DNA of 36,532 bases from Cyclobacteriaceae bacterium (GTDB taxonomy: Bacteria; Bacteroidota; Bacteroidia; Cytophagales; Cyclobacteriaceae), in the NCBI GenBank assembly GCA_036771215.1, contig DAIPHR010000001.1, forward strand, positions 1-36,532, written 5' to 3'. Shown in pieces: positions 27,792 through 36,532 of the stretch (position 1 is the stretch's first letter; every line of letters begins with the position of its first letter). The translations under genes were made by a program, and so were the position numbers. The notes beneath the pieces were generated by a model that worked only from the letters and a program-made list of their open reading frames with translations, searched no databases and was not told where the DNA came from.

Positions 27792-28267
27792 AACGTTTCC
27801 TGCTATTCACCACGATTATCGTGTTCAACCTTTCGTGCAACAAATCCCTCAACCAGGAGCAGCGCGAAGAAATCCGGGACAACATGAAAAAGGGTGAGAT
27901 CCGGAAAGTATCCGAAGCCGAACTCCTGGAGGCGGCATACGCCTATGCACGGCCACTGGCCACAACGCTGGAAAGCATCAGCGATAGTCCGGCAAAAATT
28001 GACTCCCTGTGTAAAGCGCAAGGCGTGATTTTCGTACCCCTTTCTTCTTCATCCAACCTCACGGAGGTGGAGGCACAAATACTGGAAGCCTATCAAAACA
28101 ACCGCGGTGAAAAGCTATCGGAGAATATGCAAAAGGTGGGCACCGACTCCCTGTTGTATACCCGCCCGGTTCAATTGGAGCGGCCGGACGGCTCCTATGA
28201 ATTCATGAAGGCCATCGGCATACGGATGTCACGCAAACAGGTGGTGCTTTCGATGAGTAACGAATGA
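27788..28267 (+). CDS. Hypothetical lipoprotein
   Basis: MKRFLLFTTIIVFNLS-C lipobox, with ATGA overlaps to both neighbours. Confidence 0.75.
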   Translation: MKRFLLFTTIIVFNLSCNKSLNQEQREEIRDNMKKGEIRKVSEAELLEAAYAYARPLATTLESISDSPAKIDSLCKAQGVIFVPLSSSSNLTEVEAQILEAYQNNRGEKLSENMQKVGTDSLLYTRPVQLERPDGSYEFMKAIGIRMSRKQVVLSMSNE

Positions 28268-31200
28268 GCGACTGGAAAATCCGGATTGATACAGGTGGTA
28301 CTTTCACGGATTGCCTGGCTGAAGATCCTGATGGTGCCATTCATCGACTGAAGATCCTTAGCAACAGCACCCTTCGTGGACGATTGGTAGCTCGTGTAGA
28401 CCGGTTCACCTGGTTAGTCGATATGGTGTGGCCGGTCAGTGAAGATATTTATCAGGGCTTCCTTTTTCGACCCAGCGGCCAAGCGAACATTCGCGTGAAG
28501 GCCGTCAACATCAGCCGCAACCATATTACACTTAGCCACGCACTCCCACAGTCGCGCGCAGGAGAATCCTTCGACCTCACCACAGATGAAGAAGTGCCGG
28601 TGTTAGCCGCCCGCCTGCTCACCCGCACACGTCTGACAGGGTCCTTTCCCAAACTGGAAATGCGCCTCGGGTCCACCCGTGGCACCAATGCGATTCTAGA
28701 GAGAAAGGGTGCGCGTACGGCCTTTATTACAACGCGAGGCTTCCGGGATCTTTTGATTATTGGCGACCAACAGCGGCCTGACTTATTTGCGCTGGATGTG
28801 CGCAAGCCGACACCCCTCTATGCCCTGGCGTTGGAAGTCAATGAGCGGGTGAATGCGAGGGGTGAAGTGCTTCAGGAACTCACCACGAGCGAACAACAAC
28901 GCGTGTTGAAGTTGCTGCGCAAGCACCGGATTGAGTCGGTAGCGGTTGCCCTGCTCAATAGCTACCAGAACAACACGCATGAAATCATGCTGCGGGATTT
29001 TCTGGTCACGCATGGCTATGCGTTTGTATCCATCTCATCCGAGTTGTCGCGCCAGATTAAACTGTTGTGGCGGGCCGAAACCACGGTAGCCAATGCTTAC
29101 CTGCAGCCGATTATTCATCAATACGTGTCGCGCATTCGCCATGGATTGCGCCAAGCCCCCCTCCGAATTATGACCAGCGCGGGAAGCCTGGAAGAGGCCA
29201 GCGCTTTTCAACCGAAAGATAGCCTGCTGAGCGGGCCGGCCGGAGGAGTGGTTGGTGCAGTTGAAATTGGGAAGCAGGCCGGACACCGTGAAGTTATCGG
29301 CTTTGATATGGGCGGAACGAGCACGGATGTATCGCTGTATCATCAGCGACTTGACTATAGGTATGAATCGAAAGTGGGCGATCAAAAAATTCTCTCCCCT
29401 TCCCTGGCCATCGAAACGATCGCAGCCGGAGGCGGGTCAATTTGCGATTTCGATGGCCATAAGTTCACGGTAGGACCGCATAGCGCGGGCGCATCACCCG
29501 GGCCGGCCTGCTACGGGCAAGGCGGCCCACTGACCATCACCGATGTCAATCTGCTATTGGGCCGGGTGAACGAAAACCAGTTCGCACTCCCGCTTTCACC
29601 AACCGCGGCCGCGCGGGCATTGCAACAATTGATGGCAAAGGCCCGGAAGCAAACCAAACGTGCCTATCGCGAACTGGATGTGTTGCTTGCCCTGGTAACG
29701 ATTGCCAATGAGAAGATGGCCGAGGCCATCAAAAAAGTATCGTTGCAGCGGGGCTACGATCCACGCCATTTTGCCTTGGTTAGTTTTGGCGGGGCCGGAG
29801 GACAGCATGCCTGCAGCCTGGCGGAGCATTTGGGCATGAAGAACATACTGGTTCCTTACGATGCCGGCCTGCTAAGCGCATTTGGTATTGCCTGCGCCCG
29901 ATTGGAACGAACGGAGGAACAGCTGGTACTACAGGATTATGTGCAAGTAGCTCTACGCATTGAACCTCTTTTGAACGAGTTGGCCCAGCGCGCCCGGAAT
30001 CATCTGATCGCGCAAGGTGAGACCGCTGATGAACTTATCGTGAAAGAGCGGTTGATTTTTCTTCGCTTCCGCGGCCAGGAAACACCGCTCGAAATAGTGG
30101 TGCAGCCTAACCTGCCGGCCGCGTTTGAAAAGCGTTACCGCCAAGTGTATGGGCATTGGCTTCCCGATCGGGAAATCGAAGTTGTGTCTGTTCAGGTGCG
30201 CGTAACCGTCCGCGAAGCCAACCGCTCCGGTCAACCGCATCGAAAAAAGACCTATTCTCCTGATCCCGCTCATCAGAAAAAAATCTTTTCGCGGGGCCGA
30301 TGGCTCAACACGCCTGTTTTTGAATGGGAGCGGCTCCGGGCTGGCGCCCGAATTAATGGACCTGCTTTAATCAGCAGCAACAATTCTACCACCTGGGTGG
30401 AAGACGGCTGGCGATTCGAACTCGATGGAAAAATGACCGGGCACCTTTCAGCCAAGAGATTACAGCAAAAAAACACAAGAAAGCTGGTGGCCGAGGCGGA
30501 TCTGGAATTGTACACCAACCGATTTACCGCCATTGCAGAAGAAATGGGGGCCCTTCTGCAGCGCACTTCGTTTTCGGTGAATGTAAAAGAGCGGCTTGAT
30601 TTTTCGTGCGCCCTGTTGGATGCGCAAGGCTTTCTGGTGGTGAACGCTCCGCATATTCCCGTGCATTTAGGAAGCCTGGGGGTGTGCGTACGTGAAGTGA
30701 AGAAGGCGCTGAAGATGAAACCGGGTGATGTAGTGATTACCAATCACCCTGGTTTTGGCGGCTCGCACCTGCCAGACGTCACGTTGATCAAACCGGTGTA
30801 CCATAACAGCCGGTTGATCGGCTATGTAGCCAACCGCGCACATCATGCCGAGATCGGTGGCACCAAACCCGGCTCAATGCCTGCCTTCGGCAAATCGCTG
30901 GATGAAGAAGGCGTGATTATTTCCCCCATCTGGCTGATGCGAAACGGAGAGGTAGAATGGGCACGCGTAAAAAAGATGTTTACTGATGGACGTTACCCCT
31001 CGCGCCTTCCCGAAGAAAACCTGGCTGACCTCAACGGAGCGCTGGCCGCTCTGCAGTACGGTGAGCAGGCCCTACATCAGCTCTGCAAGCAGGAAGGTGC
31101 TGCGCGTGTGCGCGGCTTTATGAAACAACTCCGACTTCACGCACGCGAATCGCTGCGGGAAGCTTTACACCAGCTACCGCGCTCTCGTTATCAGGCAGTC

Positions 31201-32010
31201 GAATATCTGGATGATGGCTCGCCCCTGTGTGTACAGATTCGAAAACACAATGATCGCATTTCCATCGACTTTACCGGAACGGCCGCCCGGCATGCCGGCA
31301 ACCTGAACGCCACCCCGGCCATCGTTCAAAGTGTGGTGCTTTACGTCATGCGCCTGCTCGTAAATCAGCCCATTCCGATGAATGAAGGACTCATGGATCT
31401 GATTGACCTTCATATTCCGTCAAGTTTGCTGAATCCGGATTTCCAACGCCAACCGCTTCCGGCCGTGGTGGGCGGAAACACAGAGGTAAGCCAGCGATTA
31501 ACCGATCTGTTGCTTAAAGCCCTTGAACTTTCGGCCTGCAGCCAGGGCACCATGAACAACTTCCTGTTTGGCAACGCCCGGCTGGGTTACTATGAAACCA
31601 TAGCTGGCGGTTGCGGAGCCGGCCCCGGGTTTAATGGGGCCAGTGCCGTGCATCAACACATGACCAACACCCGCATTACCGATGCGGAGATTCTGGAACA
31701 TCGCTACCCGGTTGAAGTGATGGAGTTCTCCGTACGAAAAGGTTCGGGTGGTAAGGGCCGATGGCACGGAGGCAATGGCCTCACGCGTGTCATCCGTTTT
31801 GGAGAAACGATGGAAGTAAATATTCTCACGCAACACCGAAAGGAAAAACCCTTTGGGAAACGAGGTGGTGCAGCCGGGGCCCTTGGTCAACAGGAGATCA
31901 TACGAACAAATGGGACACGTCAAAAACTAAAAGGGCTGGATAGCGCAGAGGTCAGGAACGGAGACATGATCAAGATCAAAACGCCCGGTGGCGGGGGCTG
32001 GGGCCGATAA
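28264..32010 (+). CDS. Fused hydantoinase A/B-type 5-oxoprolinase (ATP-hydrolysing)
   Basis: IDTGGTFTD, LLSGPAGG, FDMGGTSTD, SAGASPGPACY, NVKERLDFSCA, HIPVHLGS, GGSHLPD, HMTNTRITD and TPGGGGWG. Confidence 0.93.
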   Translation: MSDWKIRIDTGGTFTDCLAEDPDGAIHRLKILSNSTLRGRLVARVDRFTWLVDMVWPVSEDIYQGFLFRPSGQANIRVKAVNISRNHITLSHALPQSRAGESFDLTTDEEVPVLAARLLTRTRLTGSFPKLEMRLGSTRGTNAILERKGARTAFITTRGFRDLLIIGDQQRPDLFALDVRKPTPLYALALEVNERVNARGEVLQELTTSEQQRVLKLLRKHRIESVAVALLNSYQNNTHEIMLRDFLVTHGYAFVSISSELSRQIKLLWRAETTVANAYLQPIIHQYVSRIRHGLRQAPLRIMTSAGSLEEASAFQPKDSLLSGPAGGVVGAVEIGKQAGHREVIGFDMGGTSTDVSLYHQRLDYRYESKVGDQKILSPSLAIETIAAGGGSICDFDGHKFTVGPHSAGASPGPACYGQGGPLTITDVNLLLGRVNENQFALPLSPTAAARALQQLMAKARKQTKRAYRELDVLLALVTIANEKMAEAIKKVSLQRGYDPRHFALVSFGGAGGQHACSLAEHLGMKNILVPYDAGLLSAFGIACARLERTEEQLVLQDYVQVALRIEPLLNELAQRARNHLIAQGETADELIVKERLIFLRFRGQETPLEIVVQPNLPAAFEKRYRQVYGHWLPDREIEVVSVQVRVTVREANRSGQPHRKKTYSPDPAHQKKIFSRGRWLNTPVFEWERLRAGARINGPALISSNNSTTWVEDGWRFELDGKMTGHLSAKRLQQKNTRKLVAEADLELYTNRFTAIAEEMGALLQRTSFSVNVKERLDFSCALLDAQGFLVVNAPHIPVHLGSLGVCVREVKKALKMKPGDVVITNHPGFGGSHLPDVTLIKPVYHNSRLIGYVANRAHHAEIGGTKPGSMPAFGKSLDEEGVIISPIWLMRNGEVEWARVKKMFTDGRYPSRLPEENLADLNGALAALQYGEQALHQLCKQEGAARVRGFMKQLRLHARESLREALHQLPRSRYQAVEYLDDGSPLCVQIRKHNDRISIDFTGTAARHAGNLNATPAIVQSVVLYVMRLLVNQPIPMNEGLMDLIDLHIPSSLLNPDFQRQPLPAVVGGNTEVSQRLTDLLLKALELSACSQGTMNNFLFGNARLGYYETIAGGCGAGPGFNGASAVHQHMTNTRITDAEILEHRYPVEVMEFSVRKGSGGKGRWHGGNGLTRVIRFGETMEVNILTQHRKEKPFGKRGGAAGALGQQEIIRTNGTRQKLKGLDSAEVRNGDMIKIKTPGGGGWGR

Positions 32011-32057
32011 GACGGTAATTTCCAACATTCAACCGGCAACGTGAGTCTGATGCCTCC

Positions 32058-34904
32058 TCAAATGAGTTTCTTTCGTAAAAACTCGGCTGTGTACCCTTTA
32101 CCTTTCTTAACCATCTCCTCCGGGGTTCCCTCAAACACCAGGTAACCTCCCCTTTTCTCACCCCCTTCAGGGCCAAGGTCAATAATCCAATCGGCACATT
32201 TGATTACTTCCAAGTTATGTTCGATGATGATCACCGAATGACCCTGATCCACGAGTGCGTTGATGGCCTTCAGTAATTTGCTGATATCGTGAAAGTGAAG
32301 ACCCGTGGTGGGTTCATCAAAAATAAAAAGCAGGTGCCCCTCAGCCGCATTCTTGCCCAGAAAAGACGCCAGCTTAACGCGTTGGGCCTCGCCACCGCTC
32401 AACAAGTTGGAGGACTGACCCAATTTTACATAGCCGAGACCAACGTCAAACAGCGGCAACAGTTTTTCGTATACGGGCTTTTTGTCGCGGAAAAATTCAA
32501 GCGCTTCTTCCACGGTTAAGTCAAGTACATCGGCAATCGACTTGCCCTGATACTCCACTTCAAGGATTTCATTTTTGAATCGCTTCCCCTTGCAACTTTC
32601 GCAGGTCAGGTGAATATCGGCCATGAACTGCATCTCTACCGTGATCTGTCCCTCGCCTTCGCACGTCTCGCATCGGCCACCCTCCACATTAAACGAGAAA
32701 TGCGAGGGTTTGTAGCCTCGTTGTTTACCCAGCGGTTGATCGGCATACAACTGCCGGATGGCATCGTAGGCCTTTACATAACTCACCGGATTACTTCGAG
32801 AGGATTTTCCGATCGGATTCTGATCCACAAACTCCACCTGCGTGATGCGGGCATAATCCCCGCTCAACTTGTCGTACCGGCCGGGTACTTCCGACACACT
32901 TCCGCTCAGCCGGCCGACAGCCGGATAGAGTATCTTTTTAATCAGCGTGGACTTGCCCGAGCCGCTGATGCCGGTGACTACCGTGAGTACACCCAGCGGA
33001 AACTTAACCTCCAGGTTTTTCAGATTGTTTTCGCGTGCGCCATGTACGACAACGGCATCCTTCCACTTACGTCTTCGGGCCGGTACGCTTATTCGATCTC
33101 GCCCGGTCAGGTAATCAGTCGTGTGCGTTTGCACGCCATTCATCCTGGCCAGACTCCCCTGAAACATCAGCCGACCGCCATGGCTGCCCGCATCGGGACC
33201 AATGTCGATAATCTGGTCAGCTGCCCGCATGATTTCTTCTTCATGTTCGACTACGATTACCGTATTCCCCAGATCGCGCAACGACAATAAAACTTCCACC
33301 ATGCGGGCCGTATCCTTCGGGTGTAGGCCTATACTTGGCTCATCGAGAATGTACATGGAGCCGACCAGTGCGCTGCCCAGTGAAGTCGCAAGTTTTATCC
33401 GCTGGAATTCTCCCCCGGAAAGGGTATTCGTAAGCCGGTTGAGGGTGAGGTAGCCAAGGCCCACCTTCACCAGATACTTCAGGCGGAATTTGATTTCCGT
33501 GGTTAACCGTTCGGCAACTTTGCGGTCGTGAGCCGGCAAATTCACGGAATCAAAGAATTGTAACACCTCCTCAATCGGCAACAGCACCAGGTCGGTGATG
33601 GACTGGCCGGCAACTTTTACGTACGCGGCATCTTTACGAAGCCGGGTGCCGCGGCAGTCCGGACAGGTGGTGCGGCCCCGGTAGCGCGACAGCATCACCC
33701 GATATTGAATCTTGTGTGTTTTTGATTCGAGGTAGCGGAAGAAATTATGTAGGCCGTCAAGCGAATCGTTGCCATTCCAAAGAAGTTCGCGCTGGCGGGC
33801 GGTGAGTTCGCTATAGGGCCGGTGAATGGGGAAATCGAATTTGACACCTTGCTTGATCCACGGCTTGGCCCACTCACTCATGACGTCACCGCGCCAGGGC
33901 GCCACGGCACCCTCATACAAAGACAATGATTTATCCGGAATAACCAGATCTTCGTCAATACCCAGTATGCGGCCGAAACCCTCGCAGGTTTGACACGCGC
34001 CATAGGGGTTGTTGAAGCTGAAAAAATTGACGGAAGGCTCGGTGAACAAAATACCATCCCGCTCGAAGCGATCACTAAAATGCCGTTTGGGCTGCTGCTC
34101 GACATAAATCACGCAATCGCCATGTCCTTCAAAAAAAGCCGTCTGCACGGAATCGGCTAGTCGAAAGGTTAAATCTTCATCTTGCGCGTTAACAGTCGCG
34201 CGGTCAATCAGTATCTCTACCTCTGGCTTCTGGGAGGCTGTCGCTCCTTTCTTTTTCTTGGGTGCTGCTTGCCCAAGGGTGGCCAGCATTTCCTCGATAA
34301 ACTTCACCTCGCCTTGCACCAAAACGCGGGCAAATCCTTTACTCAGGAGAATATTCAACTCATCGGCCAGGCTACGTCCTTTTTGTAAGGTGAGGGGTGC
34401 CGCTACCATCACCCGGGTACCGGTGGTCTGCCGATTGATAAACTCCACCACCTCGGTAACCGTGTTTCGCTTTACCTCCTCACCGCTTACCGGGGAGTAC
34501 GTCTTCCCGATTCGGGCAAAAAGCAACTTGAGGTAGTCATAGATTTCAGTAGTGGTGCCCACCGTAGAACGCGGGTTTCGCGTATTCACCTTTTGCTCAA
34601 TAGCGATGGCAGGCGACACCCCCCGGATGTAATCAACATCCGGTTTCTCCATACGCCCTAAGAATTGCCTGGCATATGAACTCAGGCTTTCCACATACAT
34701 GCGCTGGCCCTCGGCAAAAAGCGTATCAAAGGCCAGCGATGATTTGCCGGAGCCGGACAGGCCGGTAATCACCACCAGCTTGTTGCGCGGAATCGCTACA
34801 CTAAGATCCTTGAGATTGTTGACCCGCGCACGCTTGATAATGATGTACTGGCGGGGATCCAGTTGATCGAGTTCGCTTTCAGTAAACAGCACGGGCGAGG
34901 ACAT
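32058..34904 (-). CDS. uvrA: Excinuclease ABC subunit A
   Basis: Two Walker A motifs ([16 protein letters not shown]), two LSGGE signatures, DEPS/DEPT and CxxC zinc motifs. ATG 34904 preferred over TTG 34913. Confidence 0.97.
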   Translation of the reverse strand: MSSPVLFTESELDQLDPRQYIIIKRARVNNLKDLSVAIPRNKLVVITGLSGSGKSSLAFDTLFAEGQRMYVESLSSYARQFLGRMEKPDVDYIRGVSPAIAIEQKVNTRNPRSTVGTTTEIYDYLKLLFARIGKTYSPVSGEEVKRNTVTEVVEFINRQTTGTRVMVAAPLTLQKGRSLADELNILLSKGFARVLVQGEVKFIEEMLATLGQAAPKKKKGATASQKPEVEILIDRATVNAQDEDLTFRLADSVQTAFFEGHGDCVIYVEQQPKRHFSDRFERDGILFTEPSVNFFSFNNPYGACQTCEGFGRILGIDEDLVIPDKSLSLYEGAVAPWRGDVMSEWAKPWIKQGVKFDFPIHRPYSELTARQRELLWNGNDSLDGLHNFFRYLESKTHKIQYRVMLSRYRGRTTCPDCRGTRLRKDAAYVKVAGQSITDLVLLPIEEVLQFFDSVNLPAHDRKVAERLTTEIKFRLKYLVKVGLGYLTLNRLTNTLSGGEFQRIKLATSLGSALVGSMYILDEPSIGLHPKDTARMVEVLLSLRDLGNTVIVVEHEEEIMRAADQIIDIGPDAGSHGGRLMFQGSLARMNGVQTHTTDYLTGRDRISVPARRRKWKDAVVVHGARENNLKNLEVKFPLGVLTVVTGISGSGKSTLIKKILYPAVGRLSGSVSEVPGRYDKLSGDYARITQVEFVDQNPIGKSSRSNPVSYVKAYDAIRQLYADQPLGKQRGYKPSHFSFNVEGGRCETCEGEGQITVEMQFMADIHLTCESCKGKRFKNEILEVEYQGKSIADVLDLTVEEALEFFRDKKPVYEKLLPLFDVGLGYVKLGQSSNLLSGGEAQRVKLASFLGKNAAEGHLLFIFDEPTTGLHFHDISKLLKAINALVDQGHSVIIIEHNLEVIKCADWIIDLGPEGGEKRGGYLVFEGTPEEMVKKGKGYTAEFLRKKLI

Positions 34905-34910
34905 GGGGGA

Positions 34911-34946
34911 CAAAAGTAAAGAACACCATCTGGGTGGATGGTGTTC
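34911..34946 (-). terminator. Intrinsic terminator of the upstream acidic-tail gene, overlapping the uvrA -7 box
   Basis: Perfect 10-bp stem GAACACCATC-N6-GATGGTGTTC. On the minus strand it is followed by TTTACTTTTG, which contains TACTTTTG. Confidence 0.65.
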
Positions 34947-34971
34947 CGCATTGTAAATATTTCAGGGAAAC

Positions 34972-35367
34972 TCAGTTATCGAAATCGGGGTCGTAGCTGG
35001 CTTCTCGATTGCCTCTTCGGCCTCCGCCATCTTCTTCATCGTAGTCGGACTCCCCGGTTTCCTCGAAATCGTCATTGCTGCTATTGTCGAAATCATCATT
35101 GCCTGCTGGGGGCACGGCTGCGAACTCCCCATCCGCGGCCTTCTCCATTTCGTAGTCCCCCTCGCTGTTCTTGGTTGTGGGCACCTTGATCAAATAGGTA
35201 GCATCATCGGTTTCAAGGGGAAAAACAAAAATAGGTTCGTTCTTGGCGTTGGTGATTCGGGAAATGCTGGCCTCATAGCCGTTAGGATATTGTGTCCGCA
35301 ATAATTCCCTCAAATCCTCATTGAGCCCCTCAAGGCTTTTAATGACACGTTTTTTGCTAACGGGCAT
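34972..35367 (-). CDS. Hypothetical cytoplasmic protein with a long acidic C-terminal tail
   Basis: About 65-aa N domain (KRVIKS...QYPNGY...ETDDATYLIKV) followed by a D/E-rich tail. A terminator lies downstream. Confidence 0.8.
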   Translation of the reverse strand: MPVSKKRVIKSLEGLNEDLRELLRTQYPNGYEASISRITNAKNEPIFVFPLETDDATYLIKVPTTKNSEGDYEMEKAADGEFAAVPPAGNDDFDNSSNDDFEETGESDYDEEDGGGRRGNREASYDPDFDN

Positions 35368-35441
35368 GAATCAACTTTATTGTAAAATCGGGGTAAATAG
35401 ACAAAAGAATTATTCTTGGAGGCAAATTTTTTTTGATTTTT

Positions 35442-35472
35442 TTTGCTGCCCCGAATAATCTACTTACCTTTC
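35442..35472 (+). promoter_or_regulatory. Bacteroidota -33/-7 promoter for the ECF sigma gene
   Basis: TTTG (35442..35445), 19-nt spacer, then TACCTTTC (35465..35472). Confidence 0.55.
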
Positions 35473-35543
35473 TCATCCGCAACAAATAAAATTAACCGCA
35501 TCGCCTATCGACCTAGACCTCTACGTTACCCAACCTAAGTAAC

Positions 35544-36200
35544 ATGATAGACAACCGATGCAGCGACCATGAATTGGTTTCGCGATATCAACAAGGTAGT
35601 GAGAGGGCATTCGAAACGCTTCTGCTTCGACACAAATCCCGGGTTTATACTGCCATTTATTTGATTGTAAAAGACCGCTACGTGGCGGAGGATCTTTTGC
35701 AGGAAACCTTCATCAAAGCTGTGAACACCATTAAGGGTGGTCGCTACAACGAAGAGGGAAAATTCGGCCCTTGGCTGGGGCGCATAGCCCACAATCTGGC
35801 CATTGACCATTTCCGGAGAAATAAGCGCTATCCCGAAGTAACCCTGGAGGATGGCAGCCGGGTTTTTGACTCGCTCCAGTTTTCCGAGGGGTCTTTTGAA
35901 GATTTCCAGATCTGGCAGGATACTAAGGCCAAACTGCGCACGTTGATAAAAGAGCTACCAGCCGAACAAAAGCAGGTATTGGTAATGCGGCATTACATGC
36001 ACCTCAGTTTCCAGGAAATTGCCGAAAAAACAGGGGTGAGCATCAATACCGCACTTGGTCGTATGCGCTACGCCCTCATCAACCTGCGCAAAAAAATGGA
36101 TACCAATGCAAATGCCTATGATAAAAACCTTTACCCAAAACGACCTGATCAGGTTTATTTACCACGAGACCACGAACGAGGAGGAGGCGGAGATCAATAA
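35544..36200 (+). CDS. ECF-type sigma-70 family RNA polymerase sigma factor
   Basis: Region 2: AEDLLQETFIK...WLGRIAHNLAIDHFRR. Region 4: LPAEQKQVLVMR...SFQEIAEKTGVSINTALGRMRYA. Confidence 0.93.
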   Translation: MIDNRCSDHELVSRYQQGSERAFETLLLRHKSRVYTAIYLIVKDRYVAEDLLQETFIKAVNTIKGGRYNEEGKFGPWLGRIAHNLAIDHFRRNKRYPEVTLEDGSRVFDSLQFSEGSFEDFQIWQDTKAKLRTLIKELPAEQKQVLVMRHYMHLSFQEIAEKTGVSINTALGRMRYALINLRKKMDTNANAYDKNLYPKRPDQVYLPRDHERGGGGDQ

Positions 36201-36348
36201 AGCCTTGTTGTGCGACTCGGAATTGCGCCAGCGCCATGCCGAGTTGCTCGACCAAAAACGCCAACTGGACCAGGCCAGCCTGGAACCCGGCAGCCGGGTG
36301 ATTGATAACATTCTAAACTATGCCCGTGGCCTGGAGGTAAAACAATAA
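36118..36348 (+). CDS. Small putative anti-sigma factor, overlapping the sigma gene
   Basis: MIKTFTQNDLIRFIYHETTNEEEAEINKALLCDSEL resembles an anti-sigma N-terminal helix pattern. It lies directly downstream of the ECF sigma and before a terminator. Confidence 0.7.
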   Translation: MIKTFTQNDLIRFIYHETTNEEEAEINKALLCDSELRQRHAELLDQKRQLDQASLEPGSRVIDNILNYARGLEVKQ

Positions 36349-36368
36349 TCTACCACCCGCGCGGCACC

Positions 36369-36406
36369 AAAGGCAAGCTCCAGGAAAATGGAGATTGCCT
36401 TTTTTT
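36369..36406 (+). terminator. Rho-independent terminator after the sigma/anti-sigma pair
   Basis: AAAGGCAA-g-CTCCA-ggaaaa-TGGAG-a-TTGCC followed by a T7 run. Confidence 0.8.
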
Positions 36407-36455
36407 AGACCAATCAGCAGAACAATCGCAAAGAATCTTGCCCGACTCGCAGCCG

Positions 36456-36532
36456 CTAAAGTCTCGTTACCCGAATGTTGCGCCAGCGCACCTTAACGCC
36501 CCCACCGTCATGAATCTGTAATGCCATCTTTC
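36456..36532 (-). CDS. C-terminus of a DUF1080 (3-keto-disaccharide hydrolase-like) protein; 5' end outside the window
   Basis: Manual translation gives ...KMALQIHDGGGVKVRWRNIRVTRL*, the typical LQxH...RNI ending. Confidence 0.75.
   Translation of the reverse strand, partial: KMALQIHDGGGVKVRWRNIRVTRL

Noticed and set aside
34921..34946. Gram-positive SOS box (GAAC-N4-GTTC) upstream of uvrA
   Set aside because: The GAAC and GTTC halves are 18 nt apart; better explained as a terminator stem.
35427..35445. Two T8 tracts as a phase-variable promoter
   Set aside because: The tracts are short and lie at or upstream of the -33 element rather than in the spacer; AT-rich promoter DNA is ordinary here.
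1..36532. tRNA, rRNA, CRISPR arrays, IS elements, prophage or defence genes
   Set aside because: None recognised. Spacers are short and accounted for, and no ORF shows integrase, transposase or Cas motifs.

Overview
Bacterial chromosomal window from a Bacteroidota genome, most likely Cytophagales (inferred from TAnnTTTG promoter boxes, a T9SS-secreted protein, long-form IspH and C-K-D-D lipoproteins). Most of it is housekeeping or core-accessory: a partial GH5 glycolipid hydrolase, two S9 peptidases, rlmI-like, HtrA, ispH, a TonB-dependent receptor, a HisA paralog, LOG, Hsp20, prfA, GT4, a fused 5-oxoprolinase, uvrA and an ECF sigma/anti-sigma pair. I found no rRNA, tRNA, CRISPR array, integrase or transposase. 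Two things stand out. (1) The last 96 nt of the second S9 peptidase gene recur 662 bp downstream as an orphan, almost purely synonymously recoded copy. Each copy is followed by a divergent surface-lipoprotein paralog, which looks like a recombinase-less cassette stack anchored at a gene 3' end. (2) A type III PKS, methyltransferase, atypical UbiA prenyltransferase and nearby flavoprotein could together make a prenylated polyketide (quinone). Smaller points: the HisA paralog lacks its catalytic Asp, ispH appears to start at ATC, two genes carry in-frame stops that may be assembly errors, there is an unannotated 35-aa membrane peptide, and several promoters imply near-leaderless transcripts.
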